Source: Candidatus Omnitrophota bacterium
Lineage (GTDB): Bacteria > Omnitrophota > Gorgyraeia > Gygaellales > Profunditerraquicolaceae
Direction: 5' to 3'
Length of the DNA: 64,000 bases
NCBI GenBank assembly: GCA_016208765.1
Contig: JACQXK010000106.1
Location: forward strand, 20,256 to 84,255
Within the stretch, counting starts at the first letter, position 1, and the number at the start of each line of letters is the position of its first letter. A program made the translations under genes and the position numbers. Below the pieces are notes generated by a model, which saw only the letters and a program-made list of their open reading frames with translations, did not search any database and was not told the origin of the DNA. Of this stretch, positions 38,245 to 47,669 are shown in pieces.

Positions 38245-39753
38245 ATGGTTGGAAAAAAGCTTTTTTGGGGATTTTCTTTTTTGGCTGTTGGGATAATTTC
38301 AGGCGTTATTTTTGCAGCAAAGTTTGATTTGCTAACTCCCGCTCAAAGTCAAAACGTAAAATTAGAAGCAAAACCGGAAAGCCTTGATATGGAGAATGCG
38401 GTAATTAATGTTGCAAGTACCGCTGGAAAGTCTGTCGTTTCTATCACTACCGAATATATTACCAAGGTAAAACGGGGAGGGCCAAGGCAATATCGTTTTA
38501 ACCGTCCTTTTGGACAAAATGATCAGTTTAACCGTTTCTTTGATGATTTTTTTGGCCAAATGCCGGATATGGATTATAAGCGGATGGGAGTTGGTTCCGG
38601 TGTGATCGTTGATGCCCAAGGATATGTTTTAACTAATGAGCATGTAGTTAACTCCGCAGATAAAATAACCGTGCGTTTATCCGACGGAAGAGAGTTTATC
38701 GGCGAGGTTAAGGGCAGGGATTCGCGTTCTGATTTGGCGATCATTAAAATTGAAGCTAAAAATTTACCGGTTGCGGTTCTGGGAAATTCTGATGATTTGA
38801 AGATTGGCCAGTGGGTGGTGGCTATAGGGAATCCTTTTGGTTTTGCGGTTGCTAATCCTGAGCCAACAGTAACAGCAGGGGTAATTAGCGCTTTACATAG
38901 GATCCTTGGGGTGGCTTTAGCCCAAGACAGGAATTATAACGATTTGGTTCAGACCGACGCAGCAATTAATCCTGGTAATTCCGGTGGGCCGCTTGTAAAT
39001 CTTAGGGGAGAGGTAATTGGAATTAATGTAGCAATTTTTTCCACTACAGGAGGTTATCAGGGAGTTGGTTTTGCAATTCCAATAAACAGCGTAAAATCAA
39101 TCATGAGCCGTTTGATTGCTGGTAAAAAAATTGTTTACGGTTGGTTGGGTGTAACAGTTCAGAATTTAAATGATGATTTGGCGAAATATTTTGGGCTTTC
39201 GGATAAGAATGGAGTATTGGTAGCCAAGGCCTTAGAAGAGGGCCCTGCGCAAAAAGCAGGGATGAAAGAAAGTGATGTAATCAAGCAGGTGGACGGTAAA
39301 ACAGTGAATAATGTTAAGGAACTGTTAAATGTGGTTGGTAAAATTGAGTCTGGTAAGGCTGTAAAAGTTATGGTCATTCGCGATAAGAAAGAATTGAATC
39401 TGAGCGTGGTCATTGGCGAGCGGCCGGAGAAAATAGAAGAATCTGAAGATAAAGGCGAATCTCTTCAGGTTAATTGGAGAGGCTTAGAGGTTCAGGAATT
39501 TAATGCTGAAACGGCGCGCAGTTTCAGGCTTGACGTAAAAGAAAAAGCCGGTGTTTTGGTGGTTAATGTTGAACCGGGAAGCCCTGCTGATGATGCCGGA
39601 ATTACCGCCGGAGAAATAATAGTTGAAATAAATAAGCAGCCGGTTAAGAATTTGGTTGACTATGAAAAGATCACCAGTTCTTCTAAAGGCGATTGCTTGG
39701 TCAGAACCACGCACGGTTATTTCATTATTAAGAGTGAAGAAAAAAAGCAATAA
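38245..39753 (+). CDS. HtrA/DegP-family serine protease with two PDZ domains
   Basis: GSGVIV, LTNEHVV, SDLA, QTDAAINPGNSGGPL, two PDZ-like regions. Confidence 0.93.
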   Translation: MVGKKLFWGFSFLAVGIISGVIFAAKFDLLTPAQSQNVKLEAKPESLDMENAVINVASTAGKSVVSITTEYITKVKRGGPRQYRFNRPFGQNDQFNRFFDDFFGQMPDMDYKRMGVGSGVIVDAQGYVLTNEHVVNSADKITVRLSDGREFIGEVKGRDSRSDLAIIKIEAKNLPVAVLGNSDDLKIGQWVVAIGNPFGFAVANPEPTVTAGVISALHRILGVALAQDRNYNDLVQTDAAINPGNSGGPLVNLRGEVIGINVAIFSTTGGYQGVGFAIPINSVKSIMSRLIAGKKIVYGWLGVTVQNLNDDLAKYFGLSDKNGVLVAKALEEGPAQKAGMKESDVIKQVDGKTVNNVKELLNVVGKIESGKAVKVMVIRDKKELNLSVVIGERPEKIEESEDKGESLQVNWRGLEVQEFNAETARSFRLDVKEKAGVLVVNVEPGSPADDAGITAGEIIVEINKQPVKNLVDYEKITSSSKGDCLVRTTHGYFIIKSEEKKQ

Positions 39754-40189
39754 TCTTGAGCAGGCAAAGAGCTACGCTTTTTTGCTTTTAAAATTCAGGT
39801 TGCGCAGCGAAAATGAGTTGTACCAGCGTCTGGTAAAAAAAGGTTTTTTTTCTGAAGTTGCCAGAGAAGTTGTAAGCTTTCTCAAAGAAAAACGTTTCAT
39901 TGACGACAAGCTTTTTACCAAGGCGTGGGTTGATTCGCGTATAAAAAAGCCTTATGGCGTAAGAAGGATCAAACAAGAGCTGCTGCGAAAAGGCATTGCT
40001 CAGGAAGTTATAGATAAACAGTTGGTGCAATTAAAGGATAGTTATTCTGAAGTAGATGTGGTCAGGCAGATTTCAGAAGAAAGAATGGCTAAATTAAAAG
40101 GTCTTGATAAAGATGTGGCAAAAAGAAGGGTATACGGATATTTGCTGCGAAGAGGTTTTTCTCCTGATGTTATTTTAGAGGTTTTATGA
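39734..40189 (+). CDS. recX: Regulatory protein RecX
   Basis: RSENEL, FIDD, GVRRIKQELLRKGI, YLLRRGF; GTG 39734 start is tentative. Confidence 0.85.
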   Translation: MKKKSNNLEQAKSYAFLLLKFRLRSENELYQRLVKKGFFSEVAREVVSFLKEKRFIDDKLFTKAWVDSRIKKPYGVRRIKQELLRKGIAQEVIDKQLVQLKDSYSEVDVVRQISEERMAKLKGLDKDVAKRRVYGYLLRRGFSPDVILEVL

Positions 40190-42795
40190 AAGCCGATATT
40201 TTAAGAAAGAAATTCTTGGAATTCTTTAAGAATAAAAAACACCGGATTGTTGAAAGTGATTCTTTGGTGCCAAAGGATGACCCTACGGTTTTATTTACAC
40301 CCGCCGGGATGAATCAGTTTAAAAAAGAATTCCTGGGTTTTGATTCTGGTTTTAAGCGCGCTGCGACATCTCAACGTTGTTTACGCACTGATGATTTGGA
40401 TAAGGTTGGTAAAACTACCGGGCATCACACATTCTTTGAGATGCTTGGTAATTTTTCCTTTGGTGATTATTTTAAGCGCGAAGCTATTAGCTGGGCATGG
40501 GAATTTTTGACGAAGGAGCTAAAAATAAACCCTGATAAACTCTGGGTTTCTGTTTATAAGGACGATGATGAGGCATATGGTATTTGGCTAAATGAAGTTA
40601 AAGTTCCCAGTAAAAAAATCGTTAAATTAGGCGATAAGGAAAATTTTTGGCCGTCTGAGGCAAAGGAAAAAGGCCCAAACGGCCCTTGCGGCCCGTGTTC
40701 AGAAATTTTCTATGACTTTGGTAAAGAAACAGGATGCGGTGAAGCTGTCTGTGACCCATCTTGCAGTTGCGGACGCTTTGTTGAAATTTGGAATTTGGTT
40801 TTTACGCAATTTAACCGTAAAGAAGGCGGCAGGCTTGAGCCTTTGCCAAATAAGAATATTGATACAGGTATGGGGCTGGAGCGTTTAGCAGCTATAATGC
40901 AAGGTGTTCCGAATAACTTCAAGACGGATTTGTTTATCCCGCTTGTTAAAGAGATTCAAAAGAGCACAGAGAACAGAGCACAGAGAACAGAAGAGCTGAC
41001 TAATGCGGTGGCAGATCATATTCGCGCGGTAGTATTTTCAGTTTATGACGGAGTTTTGCCTTCTAATGAGGGACGCGGATATGTAATCAGAAAAATAATC
41101 CGTAAAAGCTGCCTTGCTTTAAGGGCTATGGGAATTAAAAAGCCATTTTTTTATAAATTAGTTCCGGTTTTAGCTGAAATAATGGCCGAGCCTTATCCTG
41201 ATCTCATGCTGCGCAAGGAAGATATCTCTGAAGTAGTGCTTTCAGAAGAAAAAAGTTTTATTGCTGTTCTTAATACAAGCGAAGCCTTGTTAAAGGAGAA
41301 ATTCTTACCGTTTTTTAAGAACCAGGATCCGGAGAAAACCGGCAAGCTCGCTTTCCAGCTGCATGATACTTACGGTATGCCTTTAGAATTGACAATTGAT
41401 TGGCTCAAGAAGAACGGAATTCTGTTTTCACAGCAGGCATTTGACCGGGAACTTGAAATTCAGAAAACCCGCTCAAAAAATCAGAGTACTATGAAAGGCG
41501 ATGTTTTTGCCATTAAAGAATTAGACTATGGTGTGAAAGAAACCAAATTTTCCGGTTATAAGAAGTTTTTACTTAATTCTGAAATATTGAAAGTTTATCA
41601 AGAAAATAGCGAAGTAAAAAAACTTTCTCTCGGAGAGAGCGGAGTTATAATATTGAAAGAAACTCCTTTTTATCCTGAAGCAGGGGGACAGGTTGCCGAT
41701 ACAGGTTTTATTAAAAAAGGAAAAAATGTTTTTGAAGTTTTGGATACGAAGAAATCCGGAAAAGTGATTTTACATATCGGAAGGGTAAAATCGGGAAGTT
41801 TTAAGAAGAAAGATTTGGCCCAGGCTGAAATTAATCTGGAACGCCGGCTTTCAATTGCAAGAAACCATACTGCTACGCATTTATTACAGGCGGCCTTAAG
41901 AAAGGTTTTAGGCCAGCATGTTCAACAGCAGGGTTCTTTGGTATCAGATAGCAGGTTGCGCTTTGATTTTACGCATTTTAAAGATGTTTCAGATGAAGAG
42001 CTCTCAAGGATTGAAGAATTTGTTAATGAATATGTGATGAATAACCTAAAAGTAGATACAGGGTCAATGGCTTTAAAAGAAGCCAAAAAGACAGGGGCTT
42101 TGGCATTCTTTGGGGAGAAGTACGGCTCTAAGGTGCGTATAGTTTCTGTGGGAAACCTTTCTAAAGAATTTTGTGGAGGGACGCATTTGGGGCAAACCGG
42201 GCAGATCGGGCTTTTTAAGATTTTGCAGGAATCTTCGGTTGCCAGCAATGTGCGCCGCATTGAAGCAACTACCGGTATTTTTGCATACAGAAAAGTAAAA
42301 GAAGAAGAAGTGGTGCTTTCTGATGTTTCAAAGCTGCTTAATACCGGTTTGCAAAACATTACCCAGGAAGTAGAAAGACGCTCTTTGCACATAAAAGAAT
42401 TAGAAAAACAGTTGAACGCGCAAAAATTGAGTTCAGTGAGAAATTCTTTAGATGATTTGATTAAAGACGCGAAGAATGTTAATGGCAAGTTGCTGATTAC
42501 AAAAGTATTTGAAGATGTAAACATGGAATTACTACGAAAAAATATTGATTTATTAAAGGAAAAATCCCGGAATACCGTTATTGCATTGGCGTCTGTAAAT
42601 CAGGGAAAAGTTTTATTGGTAATGGGCGTAACTAATGATCTCTGTGATAAAGGCATAGATGCCGGAATGCTTATTCGGGAAGTTTCTGGTTTTATCGGCG
42701 GAAGCGGCGGAGGAAGAAAAGATTTTGCCCAGGCAGGTGGAAGTAAACCGGAAAATTTGGAACAGGCTTTTGGGAAATTGCGTGAGATAATATGA
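40186..42795 (+). CDS. alaS: Alanine--tRNA ligase
   Basis: AGMNQFK, HHTFFEMLGNFSFGDYFK, DTGMGLER, NHTATHLL, CGGTH, GGGRKDFAQAGG. Confidence 0.98.
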   Translation: MKADILRKKFLEFFKNKKHRIVESDSLVPKDDPTVLFTPAGMNQFKKEFLGFDSGFKRAATSQRCLRTDDLDKVGKTTGHHTFFEMLGNFSFGDYFKREAISWAWEFLTKELKINPDKLWVSVYKDDDEAYGIWLNEVKVPSKKIVKLGDKENFWPSEAKEKGPNGPCGPCSEIFYDFGKETGCGEAVCDPSCSCGRFVEIWNLVFTQFNRKEGGRLEPLPNKNIDTGMGLERLAAIMQGVPNNFKTDLFIPLVKEIQKSTENRAQRTEELTNAVADHIRAVVFSVYDGVLPSNEGRGYVIRKIIRKSCLALRAMGIKKPFFYKLVPVLAEIMAEPYPDLMLRKEDISEVVLSEEKSFIAVLNTSEALLKEKFLPFFKNQDPEKTGKLAFQLHDTYGMPLELTIDWLKKNGILFSQQAFDRELEIQKTRSKNQSTMKGDVFAIKELDYGVKETKFSGYKKFLLNSEILKVYQENSEVKKLSLGESGVIILKETPFYPEAGGQVADTGFIKKGKNVFEVLDTKKSGKVILHIGRVKSGSFKKKDLAQAEINLERRLSIARNHTATHLLQAALRKVLGQHVQQQGSLVSDSRLRFDFTHFKDVSDEELSRIEEFVNEYVMNNLKVDTGSMALKEAKKTGALAFFGEKYGSKVRIVSVGNLSKEFCGGTHLGQTGQIGLFKILQESSVASNVRRIEATTGIFAYRKVKEEEVVLSDVSKLLNTGLQNITQEVERRSLHIKELEKQLNAQKLSSVRNSLDDLIKDAKNVNGKLLITKVFEDVNMELLRKNIDLLKEKSRNTVIALASVNQGKVLLVMGVTNDLCDKGIDAGMLIREVSGFIGGSGGGRKDFAQAGGSKPENLEQAFGKLREII
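40961..40991 (+). repeat. 7-nt tandem repeat AGAG(C/A)AC x4 inside alaS
   Basis: agagcac agagaac agagcac agagaac aga, encoding KSTENRAQRTE. Confidence 0.7.
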
Positions 42796-44018
42796 AGATA
42801 ATCCGTTTTACCAGCAAAAAATTAGATAAAATCTATAACCGCGGACAGGTAAAGAACAAGCGGGTTGAAGAAAAAGTTAGGAAGATCATTGAAGATGTGC
42901 GGCTTTTTGGAGATGAGGCCGTGTTAAAATATACCCGCAAGTTTGACAGGGTAAAGATGACGCAGAGGCAGCTGAAAGTTTCTCAGATTGAAATAAGCGG
43001 CGCCTATCAAAATATCAGCCCGAATTTTGTTTCCACTCTCAAGATGGTAATAGAAAACGTAAACCGGTTTTACCGTAAGGCGATTAAGAAATCATGGAGA
43101 ATAAAAGATGCAGACGGGGTGATTTTAGGGGAAAATTATACTCCGCTTGAAAAAGTCGGAGTGTATATCCCTGCAGGCACAGCTCCTTTGGTTTCTACTG
43201 TTTATATGACAGTGCTTCCTGCAAAGATTGCCGGTGTAAAGAAAATCGTTTTGATCAGCCCTCCTGATAAAAATGGATTTATTAATCCGCACATCCTGGT
43301 TATGGCTGATCTTTTAAAGGTAGATGAAATTTACAGGGTGGGAGGGGCGCAGGGGATTGCCGCGCTTAGCTATGGAACAAAGACCATTCCGCAGGTTGAT
43401 AAAATAGTCGGGCCGGGAAACGCATATGTCAGTGAAGCCAAGCGGCAGGTTTTTGGAATTGTTGATATTGATATGATCGCCGGGCCAACAGAGCTTGTGA
43501 TTATCGCAAATCGCAGCGCAGAAGTAAAGTTTATTGTTGCAGATTTACAGGCGCAGGCTGAACATGCCAAAGGTTTGGCGATCCTTGTAACTAATTCAAA
43601 AAGCCTTGCACGGGAAGTAAAATCGCAGCTTGATAGCGCAAATGGCCTGATAGTTTTGACAAAGAATTTGGAACAAGCTGCAGAGGTTGTAAATAAAATC
43701 GCGCCTGAACACCTTGAGATTTTTGTCAATAATCCGCAGCGGTTATTAAAACAGATAAAAAATGCAGGGGCAATATTTTTGGGGCCTTACAGCCCTGCAG
43801 CAGTAGGTGATTATGTTGCAGGCCCAAGCCACGTGCTTCCAACTGCAGGAACAGCAAGGTTTTTTTCAGGTTTATCCGTGTTTGATTTTCAGAAAAGCAG
43901 CCACGTGATCAGTTATTCTAAAAAAGCGCTTGAGAAAATAAAAGAACCGCTTGAAAAAGTTGCGGGTATTGAAGGATTGAGCAAACACTTGGAATCAGTA
44001 AAGGCAAGATTTATTTAA
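42792..44018 (+). CDS. hisD: Histidinol dehydrogenase
   Basis: GPGNAYV, DMIAGPTE, QAEH, APEHL, GDYVAGPSHVLPT. Confidence 0.95.
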   Translation: MKIIRFTSKKLDKIYNRGQVKNKRVEEKVRKIIEDVRLFGDEAVLKYTRKFDRVKMTQRQLKVSQIEISGAYQNISPNFVSTLKMVIENVNRFYRKAIKKSWRIKDADGVILGENYTPLEKVGVYIPAGTAPLVSTVYMTVLPAKIAGVKKIVLISPPDKNGFINPHILVMADLLKVDEIYRVGGAQGIAALSYGTKTIPQVDKIVGPGNAYVSEAKRQVFGIVDIDMIAGPTELVIIANRSAEVKFIVADLQAQAEHAKGLAILVTNSKSLAREVKSQLDSANGLIVLTKNLEQAAEVVNKIAPEHLEIFVNNPQRLLKQIKNAGAIFLGPYSPAAVGDYVAGPSHVLPTAGTARFFSGLSVFDFQKSSHVISYSKKALEKIKEPLEKVAGIEGLSKHLESVKARFI

Positions 44019-44046
44019 GCTAATACGATAAGGAAGGGCATGAAAA

Positions 44047-44649
44047 ATGAAAAAAAGATCTGCAGTAATTAAAAGAAATACCAAGGAAACAGAAATTACT
44101 GTTAAGTTGAATATTGACGGAGCCGGGAAAACTAAAATAAACACGGGAATCGGGATACTGGACCATATGTTGGATTTATTTTCTTTTCATGGTCTATTTG
44201 ATTTAGAGGTTGCTGCAAAGGGTGATTTAAATATTGATAAGCATCATACAAATGAAGATATTGGAATTACCCTGGGCCAGGCTTTTAAAGAGGCGTTAGG
44301 GGATAAAAAAGGCATCAATAGAAATGGAACAGCTTGTTGGCCAATGGAAAAAGTGCTTTCTTGCGTATCGCTTGATATCTGCGGAAGGCCGTATTATAAG
44401 TTTTCTGCTAATATCGGCGAGGAGACAAAAGATGAAAGCGGTTATTCTTTGAAAGAAGCAGAACATTTTTTTGAGGCATTTGCAAATCATTTAGGGATGA
44501 ACTTGCATATAAAGGTTGAGTCAACTGTTTATGATTTACACACGACGCTTGAGCCTATTTTTAAGGCGCTTGGGAAATCTTTATCAGAAGCCTGCCAGAT
44601 AAATTCCCGCAGAAAAGATGTTCCTTCCACTAAGGGCGTGATTGATTAA
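44047..44649 (+). CDS. hisB: Imidazoleglycerol-phosphate dehydratase
   Basis: RNTKET, LDHML, GDLNIDKHHTNED, PSTKG. Confidence 0.9.
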   Translation: MKKRSAVIKRNTKETEITVKLNIDGAGKTKINTGIGILDHMLDLFSFHGLFDLEVAAKGDLNIDKHHTNEDIGITLGQAFKEALGDKKGINRNGTACWPMEKVLSCVSLDICGRPYYKFSANIGEETKDESGYSLKEAEHFFEAFANHLGMNLHIKVESTVYDLHTTLEPIFKALGKSLSEACQINSRRKDVPSTKGVID

Positions 44650-44650
44650 G

Positions 44651-45259
44651 ATGATTGCGATTATTGATTATGGAATGGGTAATATTCATAGCGTTAATAA
44701 GGCTTTAGAGGTATGCGGAGCAAAAACTTTAATTACTAATAAAGTTCAAGATATTAAGTCTTGTGATAAAGCTGTGCTTCCGGGAGTGGGGGCATTTGAT
44801 GATGCTGTTTCAGAGTTAAAGAAACAGGGTTTAATTGAACCAATCCTTGAGCACATAAAAAACAAGAAACCTTTTTTAGGTATTTGTTTGGGAATGCAGC
44901 TTTTGTTTGATGAAAGCGCTGAGGCGCAAAAAGAAAAAGGTTTAGGAGTATTTAATGGGAAAGTAGAGAAGTTTAAACACAGCCATGATTTAAAGGTCCC
45001 TCATATGGGCTGGAATCAATTAAAGACTTCCGGCGAGTGCCCGTTATTAAAAGATATACCTGATAATTCATTTGTGTATTTCTGTCATTCATATTATCCT
45101 CTCCCTTACGACAAAAGTATAATCGCAGGGTTAACGAATTACGGTCAGGATTTTGCCGCAATAGTATGGAAAGATAAAGTTTTTGGAATGCAGTTTCATC
45201 CGGAAAAGAGCCAGGGTATTGGTTTAAGAATGTTGCAGAATTTTGTTAATCTATGTTGA
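44651..45259 (+). CDS. hisH: Imidazole glycerol phosphate synthase, glutaminase subunit
   Basis: IDYGMGN, PGVGAF, GICLGMQ, PHMGWN, QFHPEKS. Confidence 0.95.
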   Translation: MIAIIDYGMGNIHSVNKALEVCGAKTLITNKVQDIKSCDKAVLPGVGAFDDAVSELKKQGLIEPILEHIKNKKPFLGICLGMQLLFDESAEAQKEKGLGVFNGKVEKFKHSHDLKVPHMGWNQLKTSGECPLLKDIPDNSFVYFCHSYYPLPYDKSIIAGLTNYGQDFAAIVWKDKVFGMQFHPEKSQGIGLRMLQNFVNLC

Positions 45260-45972
45260 TCATTCCTGCAATTGATATAAAAGACGGTTGTGTAGTTCGT
45301 TATGTTCAAGGCAGGCTTGATAAAAAAGTTTATTCAAAAGACCCGGTAAAAACTGCCAAGCACTGGGCAAGGCAAGGGGCAAAATTTTTGCATGTGGTTG
45401 ATTTAGATGGTGCGTTTTCCGGTGTGCCAAAGAATATCGCTTTGGTAAAAGAAATTGCGAAGAGTATTAATATTCCTGTTGAATTTGGAGGCGGAGTCAG
45501 GAATTCGGAAACAATTACTACTTTGCTGGATGCCGGTGTAAAAAGAGTGATTTTAGGGACAAAAGCAGCAGAAGATAAAGGGTTCCTTAAAAACGTTTTG
45601 AACAAATTTAAAGATGGAGTTATTATAGGTGTTGATGCAAAAGAAAATAAGGTGATGATTAAGGGATGGAAGGATGCTTCAAAAGGAGAAGATCTTTTTA
45701 CTTTTGTTCATCTGCTAAAGGAACAAGGTTGCCAGGAAATTATTTATACGGATACGTTAAAAGACGGTACCTTGTCCGGGCCGAATATCAAAGGAATTAA
45801 GGCCCTCTTAAAAGAAACCGGGATAAAAATAATTGCTTCCGGCGGGATATCCGGGCTTGAGGATTTGCGCAGGTTAAAGGCGCTTGAAAAACAGGGTGTG
45901 AGCGGAGTGATTGTTGGCAAGGCATTGTATGAAGGAAAATTTACTTTAGCCGAAGCATTGAAATTTTCTTAG
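45253..45972 (+). CDS. hisA: ProFAR isomerase
   Basis: IPAIDIK, HVVDLDGA, GGGVR, DGTLSGP, ASGG. Confidence 0.95.
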   Translation: MLIIPAIDIKDGCVVRYVQGRLDKKVYSKDPVKTAKHWARQGAKFLHVVDLDGAFSGVPKNIALVKEIAKSINIPVEFGGGVRNSETITTLLDAGVKRVILGTKAAEDKGFLKNVLNKFKDGVIIGVDAKENKVMIKGWKDASKGEDLFTFVHLLKEQGCQEIIYTDTLKDGTLSGPNIKGIKALLKETGIKIIASGGISGLEDLRRLKALEKQGVSGVIVGKALYEGKFTLAEALKFS

Positions 45973-45993
45973 TAATCAGAAAAAGGAGGATGC

Positions 45994-46473
45994 ATGGGAA
46001 AAAGACTGCTGTTGTTGGCGTTGATTTGTTTTTTTTCATTTTCTTTGGTTGGGTGCGCAACTGCAAGAAAACAAAAAGAGCTTGAGATCCAAGGGTTAAA
46101 GAACCAGATCTCCGTTTTAGAGTCGCAAATCCAATCCAAAGATGAAGAAATTACCAGTTTAAAAGATTCCATAAATAAAATTGAAGAAGAAAAGGCTTCG
46201 GTGAGCCAGCAGATGCAGGAGCAGGCATGGAATAAAAGATCGCTTAAGAAGCAGTGCGCAAAGGAAGTAAAAACCCGTCCTACTGTAAAACAAATTCAAA
46301 TCGCTTTAAAAAATGCCGGTTTTGACCCTGGTAATATTGATGGTAAATTTGGCAATTCTACCCGTGAAGCCATTAAGGCTTTTCAAAGGGCGCATAATTT
46401 GACTGCAAACGGCAGGGTCAGGTCAAAAACATGGAATCTGCTTAAGGAGTATCTGGATAAACCAGTTAAATAA
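45994..46473 (+). CDS. Lipoprotein with coiled coil and C-terminal peptidoglycan-binding domain
   Basis: Lipobox LVGC, heptad region, QIALKNAGFDPGNIDGKFG-x-x-T-x-x-AIKAFQ (PG_binding_1-like). Confidence 0.8.
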   Translation: MGKRLLLLALICFFSFSLVGCATARKQKELEIQGLKNQISVLESQIQSKDEEITSLKDSINKIEEEKASVSQQMQEQAWNKRSLKKQCAKEVKTRPTVKQIQIALKNAGFDPGNIDGKFGNSTREAIKAFQRAHNLTANGRVRSKTWNLLKEYLDKPVK

Positions 46474-46476
46474 TTA

Positions 46477-47271
46477 ATGCTGACAAAAAGGATCATCCCC
46501 TGCCTTGATATTAAAGATGGCCGTGTGGTTAAGGGCGTTAAGTTTCTCGGTTTAAAAGATGCCGGTGATCCGGTTGAGGTGGCAAGGGTTTATGATAAAG
46601 AAGAAGCAGATGAACTTGTATTCCTGGATATCACTGCAAGTTTTGAAAACCGCAAGACTTTAGTTGAGCTTGTGGAAAAGATTGCCAAGAATATATTTAT
46701 GCCCTTTACTGTTGGCGGAGGCGTAGGGGACATAGGTGATATAAGAAATATCCTTAATGCCGGGGCAGAAAAAGTTTCTGTTAATACGCAGGCAGTCAAA
46801 TTGCCGCAGTTAATATCAGAGGCGTCAAAGCGTTTTGGCAGCCAGTGTATTGTGGTGGCAATAGATGCGAAGTTGGTCACCAGTCACCAGTCACCGGTCA
46901 CCAGTAATGGACAGGGGACAGACAAGTGGGAAGTTTATATTAATGGAGGCAGGACCCCCACTGGCCTTGATGCTGTTGAATGGGCGAGAAAAGCTGCAAA
47001 GCTTGGTGCAGGAGAGATCTTGTTGACCAGTATGGATTACGACGGGACAAAAGATGGTTTTGATATCGGATTAACTAAGGCAATTACTGAGGCTGTAGGT
47101 ATCCCTGTTATTGCTTCCGGAGGGGCAGGAAAGCCGGAACACTTTTTTGATGTTTTCTCCAAAACTTCTGCTGATGCAGGTTTGGCTGCCTCAATTTTCC
47201 ATTATCAGGAATACTCGGTCAGGCAGGTGAAAGAATGCCTTAGAGAAAAAGGTATTCCAGTGCGGCTGTGA
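46477..47271 (+). CDS. hisF: Imidazole glycerol phosphate synthase, cyclase subunit
   Basis: [35 protein letters not shown]. Confidence 0.96.
   Translation: MLTKRIIPCLDIKDGRVVKGVKFLGLKDAGDPVEVARVYDKEEADELVFLDITASFENRKTLVELVEKIAKNIFMPFTVGGGVGDIGDIRNILNAGAEKVSVNTQAVKLPQLISEASKRFGSQCIVVAIDAKLVTSHQSPVTSNGQGTDKWEVYINGGRTPTGLDAVEWARKAAKLGAGEILLTSMDYDGTKDGFDIGLTKAITEAVGIPVIASGGAGKPEHFFDVFSKTSADAGLAASIFHYQEYSVRQVKECLREKGIPVRL
46876..46905 (+). repeat. 7-nt tandem repeat GTCACC(A/G) x4 inside hisF
   Basis: gtcacca gtcacca gtcaccg gtcacca gt, encoding [10 protein letters not shown]. Confidence 0.75.
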
Positions 47272-47310
47272 TGTTGCTTGGGTTGTCGGGTTAATTAAGT
47301 TACTTGGGTA
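47272..47310 (-). repeat. Degenerate 9-nt micro-repeat of the AACCCAAGY family on the minus strand
   Basis: Reverse complement reads tacccaagt aacttaatt aacccgac aacccaagc aac. Confidence 0.55.
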
Positions 47311-47324
47311 AAGAAAGGAAATTG

Positions 47325-47669
47325 ATGAAAAAGCAAAATAAAAAAGAAAAATTTAGCGTTAAATCATTAAAGTTTGATGAAAAAGGCTTGATCCCTGCGA
47401 TTATCCAGGATTACAGGAATAATGAGGTTTTAATGCTTGCCTATATGAATGCAGAATCTGTGCGCAGAACCATTAAATTAAAGAAAACATGTTTTTGGTC
47501 GCGTTCGCGTAAGGCCTATTGGATAAAAGGAGAAACTTCAGGGCATTTTCAGTTTGTAAAATCAATTGCTTATGATTGCGATATGGATGCTTTATTAATT
47601 AAAGTCCGTCAAGTAGGCGTCGCCTGCCATACGGGAAACAGGAGTTGTTTTTACCGAAAGATCAAATAA
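47325..47669 (+). CDS. hisI: Phosphoribosyl-AMP cyclohydrolase
   Basis: [36 protein letters not shown]. Confidence 0.95.
   Translation: MKKQNKKEKFSVKSLKFDEKGLIPAIIQDYRNNEVLMLAYMNAESVRRTIKLKKTCFWSRSRKAYWIKGETSGHFQFVKSIAYDCDMDALLIKVRQVGVACHTGNRSCFYRKIK

Noticed and set aside
30521-47310. Short repeats as a CRISPR array
   Set aside because: Units are 7-9 nt and tandem, with no unique spacers and no cas genes.
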